The translations under genes were made by a program, and so were the position numbers. Below are positions 28,102-36,884 of a stretch of 64,000 nt of DNA, one piece after another. The notes under the pieces are model-generated. The model made no database searches, had not been told where the DNA came from, and saw only the letters and a list, made by a program, of their open reading frames with translations. This stretch comes from Candidatus Omnitrophota bacterium (GTDB lineage Bacteria; Omnitrophota; Gorgyraeia; Gygaellales; Profunditerraquicolaceae), in the NCBI GenBank assembly GCA_028715415.1, contig JAQURX010000011.1:1320-65319 (forward strand), in the 5' to 3' direction. Numbering within the stretch: the first letter of the stretch is position 1; each line of letters starts with the position of its first letter.

Positions 28102-29591
28102 ATAAAGCCGTAATATTAGCAAGAGTCTCAACACTTAAACAGGAAGAAGAAGGTCTTTCTCTTGATAATCAGCTCAATACGTTAAGAAGCTATGCAAAAC
28201 AGAATGACTTTGACGTTATTAAGGAATTTAGGTTTAGCGAAAGTGCAGATTCAAAGATAAGAAAAAAATTCTGTGAAATGATTGAATTTGTCAAAAATGA
28301 CACAAATATTAAAGTTATTATTGCCTACCGAGTTGACCGTATTACCCGCAATTACAGAGACGCAGTCTTAATTGACGATTTAAGAACAAACTTTAATAAA
28401 GAAATCCATTTCGTTTATGACCGCTTAGTTATCGCCCCTAAGACTGTTGGAAGGGATATTACAGATTGGGATACAAAAGTTTATTTGGCGAAGCAATTTC
28501 TTAACCGCCTCAAGGAAGACGCTGTTGTTTCTATCAAACACAAGCTAAACAATGGCGAATATCCAAGTATGGCTCCTTATGGTTATACAAATATCGTAAA
28601 TGAAGACCGTAAGAAATGGATAGCGCCAGATTCCCTTGAATCTAAAGTTGTAATAAAAATATATGAGTGGTATGCAACAGGCGCTTTTTCTATGGATTTA
28701 ATCAGAAAAAAGCTAAAAGAGGAATTTTGTTTAGATTTTCATAAAGGCACGGTTGACTCTATCCTTAAAAATCCCTTTTATTACGGAGAAATGCTTCACT
28801 GTGGCAAGCTTTACCCACACAAATACAAAACAATCATTTCTAAGGAATTATTTGATAAAGCTCAAGAAGTTAAAGCGGGATTTAATAAAAAATCTTTTAA
28901 ATTTGTGGGTCTTCCATATCTTTACAGGGGTTTGATAAAATGCGCTAAATGCGGTTGCAGGATTACTCCTGAGAAGAAAAAAGGGAAATATGTATATTAC
29001 CACTGCACGCAATACTACGGCAAACACTCTGATAAATGGATACGGGAAGAAGATTTAACAAGGCAATTTGCCGACCTTATGAATAAAATACATCTTCCCG
29101 ATGATATTGTTGAATCTATTAGTAAAACGCTCAGAGAATCTCACGAAGACAAGGTAAATTATTATAACAACTTAAATTCAGAGCTTCAAACCGAGTATGG
29201 TAAATACGAAAAGCGAATTGAAAAGATGTATGAAGACTATCTTGACGGACGTATTACTGAAGATATGTATAACAAATTAAGACAGGATTATAGAATAAAA
29301 CAAGAAGAAATTCAGGATAAGCTAAACAGTCTTCAAAAATCCGATGAAGAGTATTACGAAACGGCTTCTTATATACTTAAAGTCGCAAATAAAGCCCCAC
29401 AGTTATTTGAAAGTTCTGAACCAGAGATAAAAAGGCAACTTTTGAAATTAACACTTCAGAACTGCGAACTAAAAGACGCAACTCTATGCCCCACAATAAG
29501 AAGACCCTTCAGCATATTCGCCGAAGGGTCTTCTCGTCAGAATTGGCTCCCCCTCGTGGACTCGAACCACGGACCTGGTGGTTACACTTGA
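28098..29591 (+). CDS. Large serine recombinase (resolvase N-domain + recombinase domain + zinc ribbon)
   Basis: N-terminal VILARVSTLKQEEEGLSLDNQ (catalytic Ser), IAYRVDRITRN; zinc ribbon CAKCGCRITPEKKKGKYVYYHC; ATG overlaps hsdS stop; last ~16 codons run into tRNA gene. Confidence 0.75.
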   Translation: MNKAVILARVSTLKQEEEGLSLDNQLNTLRSYAKQNDFDVIKEFRFSESADSKIRKKFCEMIEFVKNDTNIKVIIAYRVDRITRNYRDAVLIDDLRTNFNKEIHFVYDRLVIAPKTVGRDITDWDTKVYLAKQFLNRLKEDAVVSIKHKLNNGEYPSMAPYGYTNIVNEDRKKWIAPDSLESKVVIKIYEWYATGAFSMDLIRKKLKEEFCLDFHKGTVDSILKNPFYYGEMLHCGKLYPHKYKTIISKELFDKAQEVKAGFNKKSFKFVGLPYLYRGLIKCAKCGCRITPEKKKGKYVYYHCTQYYGKHSDKWIREEDLTRQFADLMNKIHLPDDIVESISKTLRESHEDKVNYYNNLNSELQTEYGKYEKRIEKMYEDYLDGRITEDMYNKLRQDYRIKQEEIQDKLNSLQKSDEEYYETASYILKVANKAPQLFESSEPEIKRQLLKLTLQNCELKDATLCPTIRRPFSIFAEGSSRQNWLPLVDSNHGPGGYT

Positions 29592-29839
29592 CCCGAAATT
29601 ACTTTCGGAAGCGGACTATATCTTTGCCACGGCTTGCGCCAGAGGCAGCAGGTACATAGTCTCTGAACCTTCCTCGCATTTCTGCGAGGCTCGGCTGCTG
29701 ATTACCCTTGCTTGCGCATTAGGGCTTCCAGCAATTCTCCTGCAGTTTCAACTACGGTTTCCCGTAGAAGCTGCGCTTAATCGCCCGCCTATGGCGGGAC
29801 TCGCACAGCCACTCGCTCTACCTACTGAGCTAAGGGGGA
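29544..29839 (-). tRNA. tRNA-Asn(GUU) gene interrupted by a group I intron in the anticodon loop (exons 29805-29839 and 29544-29584)
   Basis: Exons give UCCCCCU-UA-GCUC-AGUAGGUA-GAGC...CUGU|UAA...AGGUC-CGUGG-UUCGAGU-CCACG-AGGGGGA-G-CCA, closely matching E. coli tRNA-Asn architecture (anticodon loop CUGUUAA, T-loop UUCGAGU, discriminator G, CCA encoded). Confidence 0.7.
29585..29804 (-). ncRNA. Group I self-splicing intron (~220 nt) within tRNA-Asn
   Basis: Conserved elements P (AAUGCGCAAGCAAGGG), Q (AAUCAGCAGCC), R (GGUUCAGAGACUA), S (AAGAUAUAGUCC); P1 with U35.G wobble against GCGCAGC guide; P2 CUACGG-GAAA-CCGUAG; terminal omega-G before 3' exon. Confidence 0.65.
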
Positions 29840-29959
29840 ATAGATCTATAAAGAACAAAACAAATATAAACTTACTAGCCTTCCCTATCTTTCCACCTAC
29901 GGCGGGAAGGGGGAATAAGTGTTGTTTATTCTATATTAAAAGAACGGTAAAATCAAGCG

Positions 29960-31888
29960 CTAAATAATGCCAGACTCAAGGGCTTTGGTTTCAGTATCAA
30001 TCTCAATAATCTGCCTTTCTATCTCTTTCATCCGCCTGCCATACTCTTTGGCGGTTTCTTCATCGCGATAAAGCTTAGGATTTGATAAAGCGCGCGCCTT
30101 TGCATAGCTTTCCAGCTGCAAAGCTTCTTTTTTCTTTTGCAGTTTATCTATTTTCTCACGGATAGACGCATTATGCGCCTTACGCTTCTTCTCTTCTTCT
30201 TTTCGCTTCTTCTCATCTTCCTTAGCTTTTTCCTTTAAGAACTCAGCGGATGATTTATCATGCACAACTTTTACTTTCTTTACATCAATCATTACTTCTT
30301 TCTGATCTTTTTTCTCAAAATAATAATCAAAATTCCCGGGAAACTTTCTTACTCTTCCCTCTTTAACCTCAAAAACAACATTTGCTACGGAACGCACAAA
30401 ATAAATATCATGACTGATAAATACGAGCGTCCCTTCATAATTCTGCAAAGCCCTTACCAATGCCTCAACAGCATCCACATCAAGATGCGTTGTCGGCTCA
30501 TCAAGCAAAAGTAAATTCGGCGGGTCAATTAGGAGCTTTGCCAAAATAAGGCGGCTCTTCTCTCCACCTGATAAAACTTTTACTTTCTTATCAGCATCAT
30601 CTCCGGTAAATAAAAAAGCTCCGAGAATTGTGCGGATAGTTTCCTCTGACATAAAGCCCGGAGCTGCAGTATAAGCCTCCCGTAAAACAGTATTCTCCGG
30701 ATTTAGCACATCCATACGTGTCTGAGAAAAATACCCTGCCTCTACATTATGCCCTACAGTTCTAACTCCAGAATCAATATCAATCACACCGGCTAAAATC
30801 TTTAAAAGAGTTGATTTCCCGGCGCCATTTTCTCCGGCTAAAACTGCTTTCTCGCCTTGGAAAATTTCAAAATTAAAATCCTTATAAACCTGAATTTCCC
30901 CGTATGACTTTGAAATATTTTCTAAAGTCATAACACGATGCCCGCTTCTTTTTGCCTGCGGGAAATGAAAGCTATTAATACTCTCACGCGTATCAGGAGG
31001 CAAAACAATTTCTTCTTCCTCCATTCTCTCAAGGACTCTTCGTTTTGCGCGCACTGACGCAGCCTTATTCGGCTGGGCGTGAAAACGCTCTACAAACCTC
31101 TCTAGCTGCTTACGCTTTTTTTCCTGTTCTTTAAATTGTTTCTCAAGATGAGTTTTCCTCTCGGATTTAATCCGTTCGTATTGTTCATAATTTCCGTGGA
31201 CCTTGGCAACTGAGCCGTTTTCAAGAATAAATGTATAATTAGTTACGTCCGTTAAGAAAGCCCGGTCGTGCGAAATCATAATAAATGTTCCTTCAAAACC
31301 CGCAAGATAATCCTTAAGCCATAAAGCAGCATTTAAATCCAGATAATTTGTAGGCTCATCAAGAAGTAAAAGGTCATAGTGATAAGTTAAAAGTTTCCCC
31401 AAGAGAGCGCGCATCTGCCAGCCTCCGCTCATCTGAGAAATCTGACGGTTGAAGTCTTTTTCTTTAAAACCTAAACCCGCAAGGATTTTTTCCGCTTTAT
31501 GCTCAAGCTCAAAAAAGCCAAGATTTTCTAATTTATGCATAACCTCGCCATAATGCTTTGAGCCGGCATCATTATTCTCTTCAAGCCTTTCTTTTTCTTT
31601 TTTTAGCTCCAGAATCCTTTCGTCGCCTTCAGTTAGCTCAGCTAAAACCGTACGGTCTGATTTAAAACTGGATTCCTGTGCAAGGTGCCCAATATGAATA
31701 TTTTTATTAACCCTTACCTCTCCGGAAGAAGGCTCCATCTCCCCCAACAGCAAAGAAAAAAGCGTACTTTTTCCTGCTCCATTTGGCCCAATAAGGCCAA
31801 TCTTCTCTCCGGCATTAATGGTCAGAGAAATATTCTCAAATAATGTTTTCTTACCGTAATTTTTTGAAAGATTTGATATAGTAATCAT
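29960..31888 (-). CDS. ABC-F family ATPase (two ABC cassettes, C-terminal coiled-coil extension)
   Basis: Two Walker A (GPNGAGKST, GENGAGKST), two LSGG signatures, no TM; 642 aa with Lys/Glu-rich C-terminus. Confidence 0.8.
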   Translation of the reverse strand: MITISNLSKNYGKKTLFENISLTINAGEKIGLIGPNGAGKSTLFSLLLGEMEPSSGEVRVNKNIHIGHLAQESSFKSDRTVLAELTEGDERILELKKEKERLEENNDAGSKHYGEVMHKLENLGFFELEHKAEKILAGLGFKEKDFNRQISQMSGGWQMRALLGKLLTYHYDLLLLDEPTNYLDLNAALWLKDYLAGFEGTFIMISHDRAFLTDVTNYTFILENGSVAKVHGNYEQYERIKSERKTHLEKQFKEQEKKRKQLERFVERFHAQPNKAASVRAKRRVLERMEEEEIVLPPDTRESINSFHFPQAKRSGHRVMTLENISKSYGEIQVYKDFNFEIFQGEKAVLAGENGAGKSTLLKILAGVIDIDSGVRTVGHNVEAGYFSQTRMDVLNPENTVLREAYTAAPGFMSEETIRTILGAFLFTGDDADKKVKVLSGGEKSRLILAKLLIDPPNLLLLDEPTTHLDVDAVEALVRALQNYEGTLVFISHDIYFVRSVANVVFEVKEGRVRKFPGNFDYYFEKKDQKEVMIDVKKVKVVHDKSSAEFLKEKAKEDEKKRKEEEKKRKAHNASIREKIDKLQKKKEALQLESYAKARALSNPKLYRDEETAKEYGRRMKEIERQIIEIDTETKALESGII

Positions 31889-31891
31889 GGA

Positions 31892-32488
31892 TTAAAGAAC
31901 CCGGCGAGCCTCTAAGGATTTGGACAAAGTAGAAGAATCCGCGTATTCTAAATTTGAACCGACTGGAAGGCCTAAACCAATACGCGTTAAATTCACACCT
32001 AACGGCTTTATAAGTTTGGTAAGATAAATTGCGGTAGTTTCGCCTTCCGTATCCGCATCTGTGGCTATTATAACTTCTTTTATATTATTCTCCTGAATTC
32101 TTTGGATTAAACCCTCAATCTTTAAATCACTCGGGCCCCTGCCCTCTAAAGGAGAAATAGCGCCTAATAAAACATGGTAAACGCCATGGAAACTCCCTGC
32201 TTTTTCTATGGCAGTGACATCGGTGGGCTTTTCAACAATACAAATTAAATCTTTCTGGCGGCGCACATCCTGGCAAATCTTGCACAAGTCTTCTTCGCTA
32301 AGGTTATTGCAGACTTTACAAAACCTTACATTCTCTTTTACTTTAGTTATCGCCTCAGACAAAGATTTAATTTCATCCCGAGGAGCGCCTAATACATAGC
32401 TAACAATTCTTTCAGCGCTTCTTCTGCCTACTCCGGGGAATTTAGTCAGGCAATCAATCAATTTCTCTATGGAATCGGTGTAAGACAT
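31892..32488 (-). CDS. recR: Recombination protein RecR
   Basis: FPGVGRRSAERI helix-hairpin-helix, C4 zinc finger CKVCNNLSEEDLCKIC, Toprim; 198 aa. Confidence 0.85.
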   Translation of the reverse strand: MSYTDSIEKLIDCLTKFPGVGRRSAERIVSYVLGAPRDEIKSLSEAITKVKENVRFCKVCNNLSEEDLCKICQDVRRQKDLICIVEKPTDVTAIEKAGSFHGVYHVLLGAISPLEGRGPSDLKIEGLIQRIQENNIKEVIIATDADTEGETTAIYLTKLIKPLGVNLTRIGLGLPVGSNLEYADSSTLSKSLEARRVL

Positions 32489-32490
32489 TT

Positions 32491-34071
32491 TTATTCATCC
32501 TTATTAATTACTCTGCCGTTAAATAAATCCAAAGCGGAACGCAAAAAAGGATGATTTTCATCATTTTCTTTGTGTTTCTGCTCTTCTGACAAAATAAAAT
32601 CAGTTCTTAAGTTTACGCTAAATATGTCAAATAAGCTTTTTTCAACAAGCGCCCTGTTATCCTTTCTTTCCAATGCTTCTTTATGTAAAGAAAAATTCTT
32701 CGGGAATGAAACCACCAAAATATTTCCGTTAAGCTTAAAAGGTTGGCCTTCGTTTAAATAAGACGCTACCGATATCTTTATCTTTCCAAGGCTGTCAATA
32801 AGGCTATTCCAGGCATCCTTGACATTATCTATAGTTATTGAATGTGTTGGTTCAGGGGGCTTAATCGGAGGAATTATTTTCTTAACTTCTACTTTGGCTG
32901 GAGTTACTCTCGCAGCCGGAGGCGGCGTTTGTTTCGGTAAAACTTTTTCCGGTTGAACTTGCCTAGCGTCAACCGATGAGCCTTTTTTCTCATTTGCCAG
33001 CCTAACCAGAGTAATCTCTAAAGGGATACGCAAAGATTCCAACTTTTTAGTCATCTCTTGTGTTGATACAAGAATATTAAACGCACTAAAGATCTCCTCA
33101 AGCGTAAATGCATTGCTTTGCTTAAGCAATCTCTCGCAGGTTTCCTGAGGTAAATCAATTAATTTGGAATCTCCCTTTGTAACCTTTGCAATCATAAGAT
33201 TGCGGAAATGTTCAATTAAGTTCACAAGAAACACACCGACATCTTTCCCATCATCAATTAATTTATTAAGCAGCGCTAAAGCTGAAAGCGCATCTTTTTG
33301 AATTATTTTATCGGTTATCTCAAGCAAAGCTTCCTGCTCAACAATCCCAAGCATAGAAATTACATCCTTAAGCGAAACCTTATCCTTGGTAAAAGAAACT
33401 AACTGATCCAAAATTGACTCAGCATCCCTTAAAGACCCGTCGCTGCTTTTTGCGATGGCAAACAAAACTTCCTTTTCTACAGATAGCTTCTCCTGCGCAA
33501 CAATCTTTCCCAATTGTTCAACCATTTCTAACGCTGGGATTCGCCTGAAATCAAGGCGATGGCAACGTGATAATATCGTAGGAATTACTTTTTGCGGATG
33601 AGTAGTTGCAAAAATAAATTTTACATATGGAGGCGGCTCCTCCAATGTTTTAAGAAGGGCATTAAAAGCCGAATCGGAAAGCATATGCACTTCATCTATG
33701 ATATAAATCTTGAATCTTCCCTGGCTGGGAGCAAACTTTACGCTTTCTCTCAAATCCCTGATATTATCAACACTGTTATTGGAAGCTCCGTCAATTTCAA
33801 TAACATCAAAGGAGCGCCCTTGGGAGATCTCCAAACACGATGAACACTTCTGACAGGGTTTTTCTGAAGGGCCTTCTTTACAATTAAGCGCTTTTGCAAG
33901 AATCCTTGCGCAAGAAGTTTTACCTACGCCCCTTGGGCCGGAAAATAGATAGGCGTGCGCAACGCGATTGTTGGCAATCGCACTTTTAAGCGTAGTTACG
34001 ATATGGTTCTGGCCGACGATATCATCAAAATTCTGCGGCCGCCATTTTAATGCATAAACTGTGTAGGACAT
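32491..34071 (-). CDS. dnaX: DNA polymerase III subunit gamma/tau
   Basis: YRPQNFDDIVGQ, Walker A GPRGVGKTS, zinc module CQKCSSC, SRC motif; 526 aa. Confidence 0.85.
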   Translation of the reverse strand: MSYTVYALKWRPQNFDDIVGQNHIVTTLKSAIANNRVAHAYLFSGPRGVGKTSCARILAKALNCKEGPSEKPCQKCSSCLEISQGRSFDVIEIDGASNNSVDNIRDLRESVKFAPSQGRFKIYIIDEVHMLSDSAFNALLKTLEEPPPYVKFIFATTHPQKVIPTILSRCHRLDFRRIPALEMVEQLGKIVAQEKLSVEKEVLFAIAKSSDGSLRDAESILDQLVSFTKDKVSLKDVISMLGIVEQEALLEITDKIIQKDALSALALLNKLIDDGKDVGVFLVNLIEHFRNLMIAKVTKGDSKLIDLPQETCERLLKQSNAFTLEEIFSAFNILVSTQEMTKKLESLRIPLEITLVRLANEKKGSSVDARQVQPEKVLPKQTPPPAARVTPAKVEVKKIIPPIKPPEPTHSITIDNVKDAWNSLIDSLGKIKISVASYLNEGQPFKLNGNILVVSFPKNFSLHKEALERKDNRALVEKSLFDIFSVNLRTDFILSEEQKHKENDENHPFLRSALDLFNGRVINKDE

Positions 34072-34108
34072 AATAAGAGTAGCCTCTTTCTATTACATGC
34101 TTAAGGGC

Positions 34109-34195
34109 GAAAAAGAACGGAGAGGCTGGGATTTGAACCCAGGGACCCAGTTTCCCAGGTCAACTCATTAGCAGTGAGTTGCATTCGGCCACTCT
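34109..34195 (-). tRNA. tRNA-Ser(GCU)
   Basis: Reverse complement GGAGAGGUGGCAGAGUGG...CUGCUAAUGAG (anticodon GCU)...long variable arm...GGUUCAAAUCC...CCUCUCCG; 87 nt. Confidence 0.8.
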
Positions 34196-34212
34196 GCCAC
34201 CTCTCCAAAAAA

Positions 34213-34680
34213 CTAACTCTGTTTGATTTTACGTTTCTTTTTAAAAAAATCGCTTAATAAACTACCGCATTCTTCGGCTAATATTCCGCTTTTAACTTTA
34301 ATCCGATGATTTAATTTTTTATGGTTTACAATGTTTATAACCGAGCCGCAAGCACCGGTTTTAGGGTCTTTTGCGCCAAAATAAAGCGACTTTACGCGCG
34401 AAAGAACTAACGCACCTGCACACATACTGCATGGTTCAATTGTAACATAGAGACTAGACTCGTTCAACCACTTTGTCCCCAGAGAATTTGCCGCTGAAGT
34501 TAAAGCAATCATCTCAGCGTGTGCGGTAGGGTCTTTAAGGCGCTCAATCTGGTTATAGCCGCGGGCAATAATCTTACCATTGTGGACAACTACAGCGCCG
34601 ACTGGAACTTCGTCTTCCTCAAATGCTTTTCTAGCCTCTTTTAAGGCTTCAGACATGTAAAACTGATCTATCTTCAACAT
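34213..34680 (-). CDS. tadA: tRNA-specific adenosine deaminase TadA
   Basis: HAEMIAL and PCSMCAGAL zinc-binding CDA motifs; 155 aa. Confidence 0.85.
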   Translation of the reverse strand: MLKIDQFYMSEALKEARKAFEEDEVPVGAVVVHNGKIIARGYNQIERLKDPTAHAEMIALTSAANSLGTKWLNESSLYVTIEPCSMCAGALVLSRVKSLYFGAKDPKTGACGSVINIVNHKKLNHRIKVKSGILAEECGSLLSDFFKKKRKIKQS

Positions 34681-34700
34681 TAATCTTTAGCTTTAGATAA

Positions 34701-34774
34701 TGCGCCCAGCAGGAATCGAACCTGCAACAACCAGCTCCGTAGGCTGATGCTCTATCCAATTGAGCTATGGGCGC
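34701..34774 (-). tRNA. tRNA-Arg(ACG)
   Basis: Reverse complement GCGCCCAUAGCUCAAUUGGAUAGAGC...CCUACGG (anticodon ACG)...GGUUCGAUUCC...GGGCGCA. Confidence 0.8.
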
Positions 34775-34873
34775 GAATTTAACTTATTATTTATAACAGA
34801 AATTGACCTAAAAGGCAAATGAATTCTCTTGTTTAAAGGCGGGAAAAGCGCAGAATCTCATATTGGGAAAACC

Positions 34874-35245
34874 TCATTTCTTTTCCAGAAAACTCTTTAT
34901 TTTAGAGACTAATTCCATAGAATCATAAGGTTTTGCAATAAAATCATCCATACCGGCAACGCGGCATTTTTGCTCAATATCTTTAATTCCCGCGGCAGTA
35001 ATCGCTATAATAGGTATATTTTTAGTTGAATCTTCCGATTTAAGACGCTTACTAACTTCAAAACCATCTATTTTAGGTATGATTAAATCCAATAAAATCA
35101 AATCCGGCTTTTCTTCAGCTGCTTTTTTTAACCCTTCTTCACCATCCATAGCAAATACAACCTTAAAACCGTTTGCCTTAAGCCTGACGGAAACCATCGT
35201 AATCTGGTCCATTTCATCCTCAATGAGAAGTATTTTTTTACTCAT
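34874..35245 (-). CDS. Single-domain response regulator (CheY-like receiver)
   Basis: LLIEDE...DLILLDLIIPKIDGFE...K receiver motifs; 123 aa. Confidence 0.8.
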   Translation of the reverse strand: MSKKILLIEDEMDQITMVSVRLKANGFKVVFAMDGEEGLKKAAEEKPDLILLDLIIPKIDGFEVSKRLKSEDSTKNIPIIAITAAGIKDIEQKCRVAGMDDFIAKPYDSMELVSKIKSFLEKK

Positions 35246-35259
35246 TTAAACCTCCCCTC

Positions 35260-36033
35260 CTAAAATTTCGAGTTATACTTTGGAAGGCTAAAAGTAAACT
35301 TGGAACCTTTCCCATGCTCGCTTTCTGCCCAAATCTTTCCATTATGCATCTCAATAAGGCCTTTGGCTATAGAAAGCCCAAGGCCTGTCCCCTTAGTTCC
35401 CTCGCCAGTTGAACGTTCAAACTGTTGGAATTTACTAAACACCTTTAGCAAATCATCATTGATTATTCCCTGCCCGCTGTCAATGACACTAAACTCAACA
35501 ACACCCTCCTTTTCTTCAATATTTACTTCAATAAATCCTTTCTGTGTAAATTTTAGGGCATTACCAATAAGATTAATTACTACTTGCGTTATCCTACCAG
35601 CATCAGCATAAACTATTAACTCTTTTTTGGGGAAATTTGTTCGAAGCTCAAGGTTTTTATCTATTAAATTAAGTTTAAACGAACTGACAACCCGTTCAAC
35701 TAACGCACAAATATTGACTAACTCCTTCCTTAATACAATTTTACCGGATTCAATCTTAGCAATATCCAAAAGATTATCAATAATACGCGCAAGCCGGTCA
35801 ATATTGCTATTTGCGGTTTCAAGAATCTCTTCCTGCTCTTTATTTATTTTACCCGGTATTCCGTCGGAAACAAGGCTTATTCCCTCTTTAATTATGGAAA
35901 GCGGAGTACGCAGCTCATGCGAAACAACAGAAATAAAGTCAGTCTTTAACTGATCAACTTTTTTAAGCTCTGCTTCAAGCTGAACATTACGCCTCTTTAA
36001 TTCTTCAAATTCTTCTCTTTCTGCTTGCGTCAC
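35260..36033 (-). CDS. Cytoplasmic histidine kinase (HisKA + HATPase_c)
   Basis: H-box SHELRTPL, N/G boxes (GLGLSIAKGLIEMHNGKIW); N-terminal coiled coil, no TM; 257 aa. Confidence 0.8.
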   Translation of the reverse strand: MTQAEREEFEELKRRNVQLEAELKKVDQLKTDFISVVSHELRTPLSIIKEGISLVSDGIPGKINKEQEEILETANSNIDRLARIIDNLLDIAKIESGKIVLRKELVNICALVERVVSSFKLNLIDKNLELRTNFPKKELIVYADAGRITQVVINLIGNALKFTQKGFIEVNIEEKEGVVEFSVIDSGQGIINDDLLKVFSKFQQFERSTGEGTKGTGLGLSIAKGLIEMHNGKIWAESEHGKGSKFTFSLPKYNSKF

Positions 36034-36049
36034 GAAAAGAAGCCTCCAA

Positions 36050-36463
36050 TTACTTATTCTGGCCTTTATATTTATCCGCTATGTTAAGCGCAATATTAAT
36101 ATTATCTATTTCTTTTTTCAAATCACCTGTCTTTACCATAAATCCGGAAGCATTAAACTTATCTGCGATTTTAAATCTTTCATCATTTGAAAATGCCGTA
36201 AGCATAAAAACAGGAAGGTTTTTATCCTGTTTTCTAATCCTCTTTAATACTGAAAGCCCGTCAAGATTTGGCATCATGATATCAAGCAAAACTGCGTCAG
36301 GATGGTCTTTTGCAACCCTATCAAGCGCCTGCGCACCGTCATAAGCAGTGATAACCTCAAAGTTCTCCGACTCAAGGCGAAGCTTAACTATGTCAACAAA
36401 ATCTCTTTCATCATCAACCACAAGAATTTTCTTTTTCTCCATATATTCCTCCTTAAGCAGCAC
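36050..36463 (-). CDS. Single-domain response regulator receiver
   Basis: ILVVDDE...AVLLDIMMPNLDG; likely start at internal Met (MEKKK, ~36442). Confidence 0.75.
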   Translation of the reverse strand: MLLKEEYMEKKKILVVDDERDFVDIVKLRLESENFEVITAYDGAQALDRVAKDHPDAVLLDIMMPNLDGLSVLKRIRKQDKNLPVFMLTAFSNDERFKIADKFNASGFMVKTGDLKKEIDNINIALNIADKYKGQNK

Positions 36464-36846
36464 TATTTCTCAAATCTTCCCAAAACTTTATCTAATTTTT
36501 CCTCTAGAATCTTAACGCTTATTGGCTTCTCAATAAAACTTTCATCATACAAGCCTGCTGATATTACTTTCGCTTCTTCTGTTGTGATTGCGCTTAGCAT
36601 GATAACCGGTATAGAAATAGTATCTTCATCTTTTTTTAACAAATCCAAGACTTTATAACCATTTATATGAGGCATAAGTATATCAAGCAAGATAACATCC
36701 GGCTTAAATTTCTTTGCGGTTTCAAGCCCATGCGAAGAGTTATTCTCAATCTTAATTTCATATTTGCCTGTCAATTCAAGATTAAGCTTTAAGATTTCTG
36801 TAAAATCTACTTCGTCATCAATAATCAAAACCTTCTTCTTTACCAT
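36463..36846 (-). CDS. Single-domain response regulator receiver
   Basis: VLIIDDEVD...VILLDILMPHINGY; 127 aa. Confidence 0.8.
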   Translation of the reverse strand: MVKKKVLIIDDEVDFTEILKLNLELTGKYEIKIENNSSHGLETAKKFKPDVILLDILMPHINGYKVLDLLKKDEDTISIPVIMLSAITTEEAKVISAGLYDESFIEKPISVKILEEKLDKVLGRFEK

Positions 36847-36884
36847 GACCCCCTCCCCTCCAATCCTTACTGCATTAATTGCCC

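Larger units (their letters stand above)
21014..29839. mobile_element. Putative integrated element carrying defence genes (unknown proteins, atypical RM, serine recombinase; bounded on the right by a tRNA-Asn gene). Left boundary unknown; the element may extend to ~16.9 kb and include the HigB/ImmA/ClpP-like operon
   Basis: Recombinase abutting tRNA, co-directional tightly coupled operon, accessory gene content; no att direct repeat identified. Confidence 0.35.

Noticed and set aside
29544-29839. Considered that the tRNA-like 3' end (GGUUCGAGUCC...GCCA) plus ~300 nt might be tmRNA (ssrA)
   Set aside because: The 5' part has a fully canonical D-arm and anticodon stem, no resume codon or tag-peptide ORF ending in a stop was found, and the insert carries group I P/Q/R/S elements and an omega-G; the exons give a complete tRNA-Asn.
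29578-29967. 129-aa plus-strand ORF from six-frame track
   Set aside because: It lies entirely over the tRNA/intron and the tRNA promoter region and has odd composition; almost certainly spurious.
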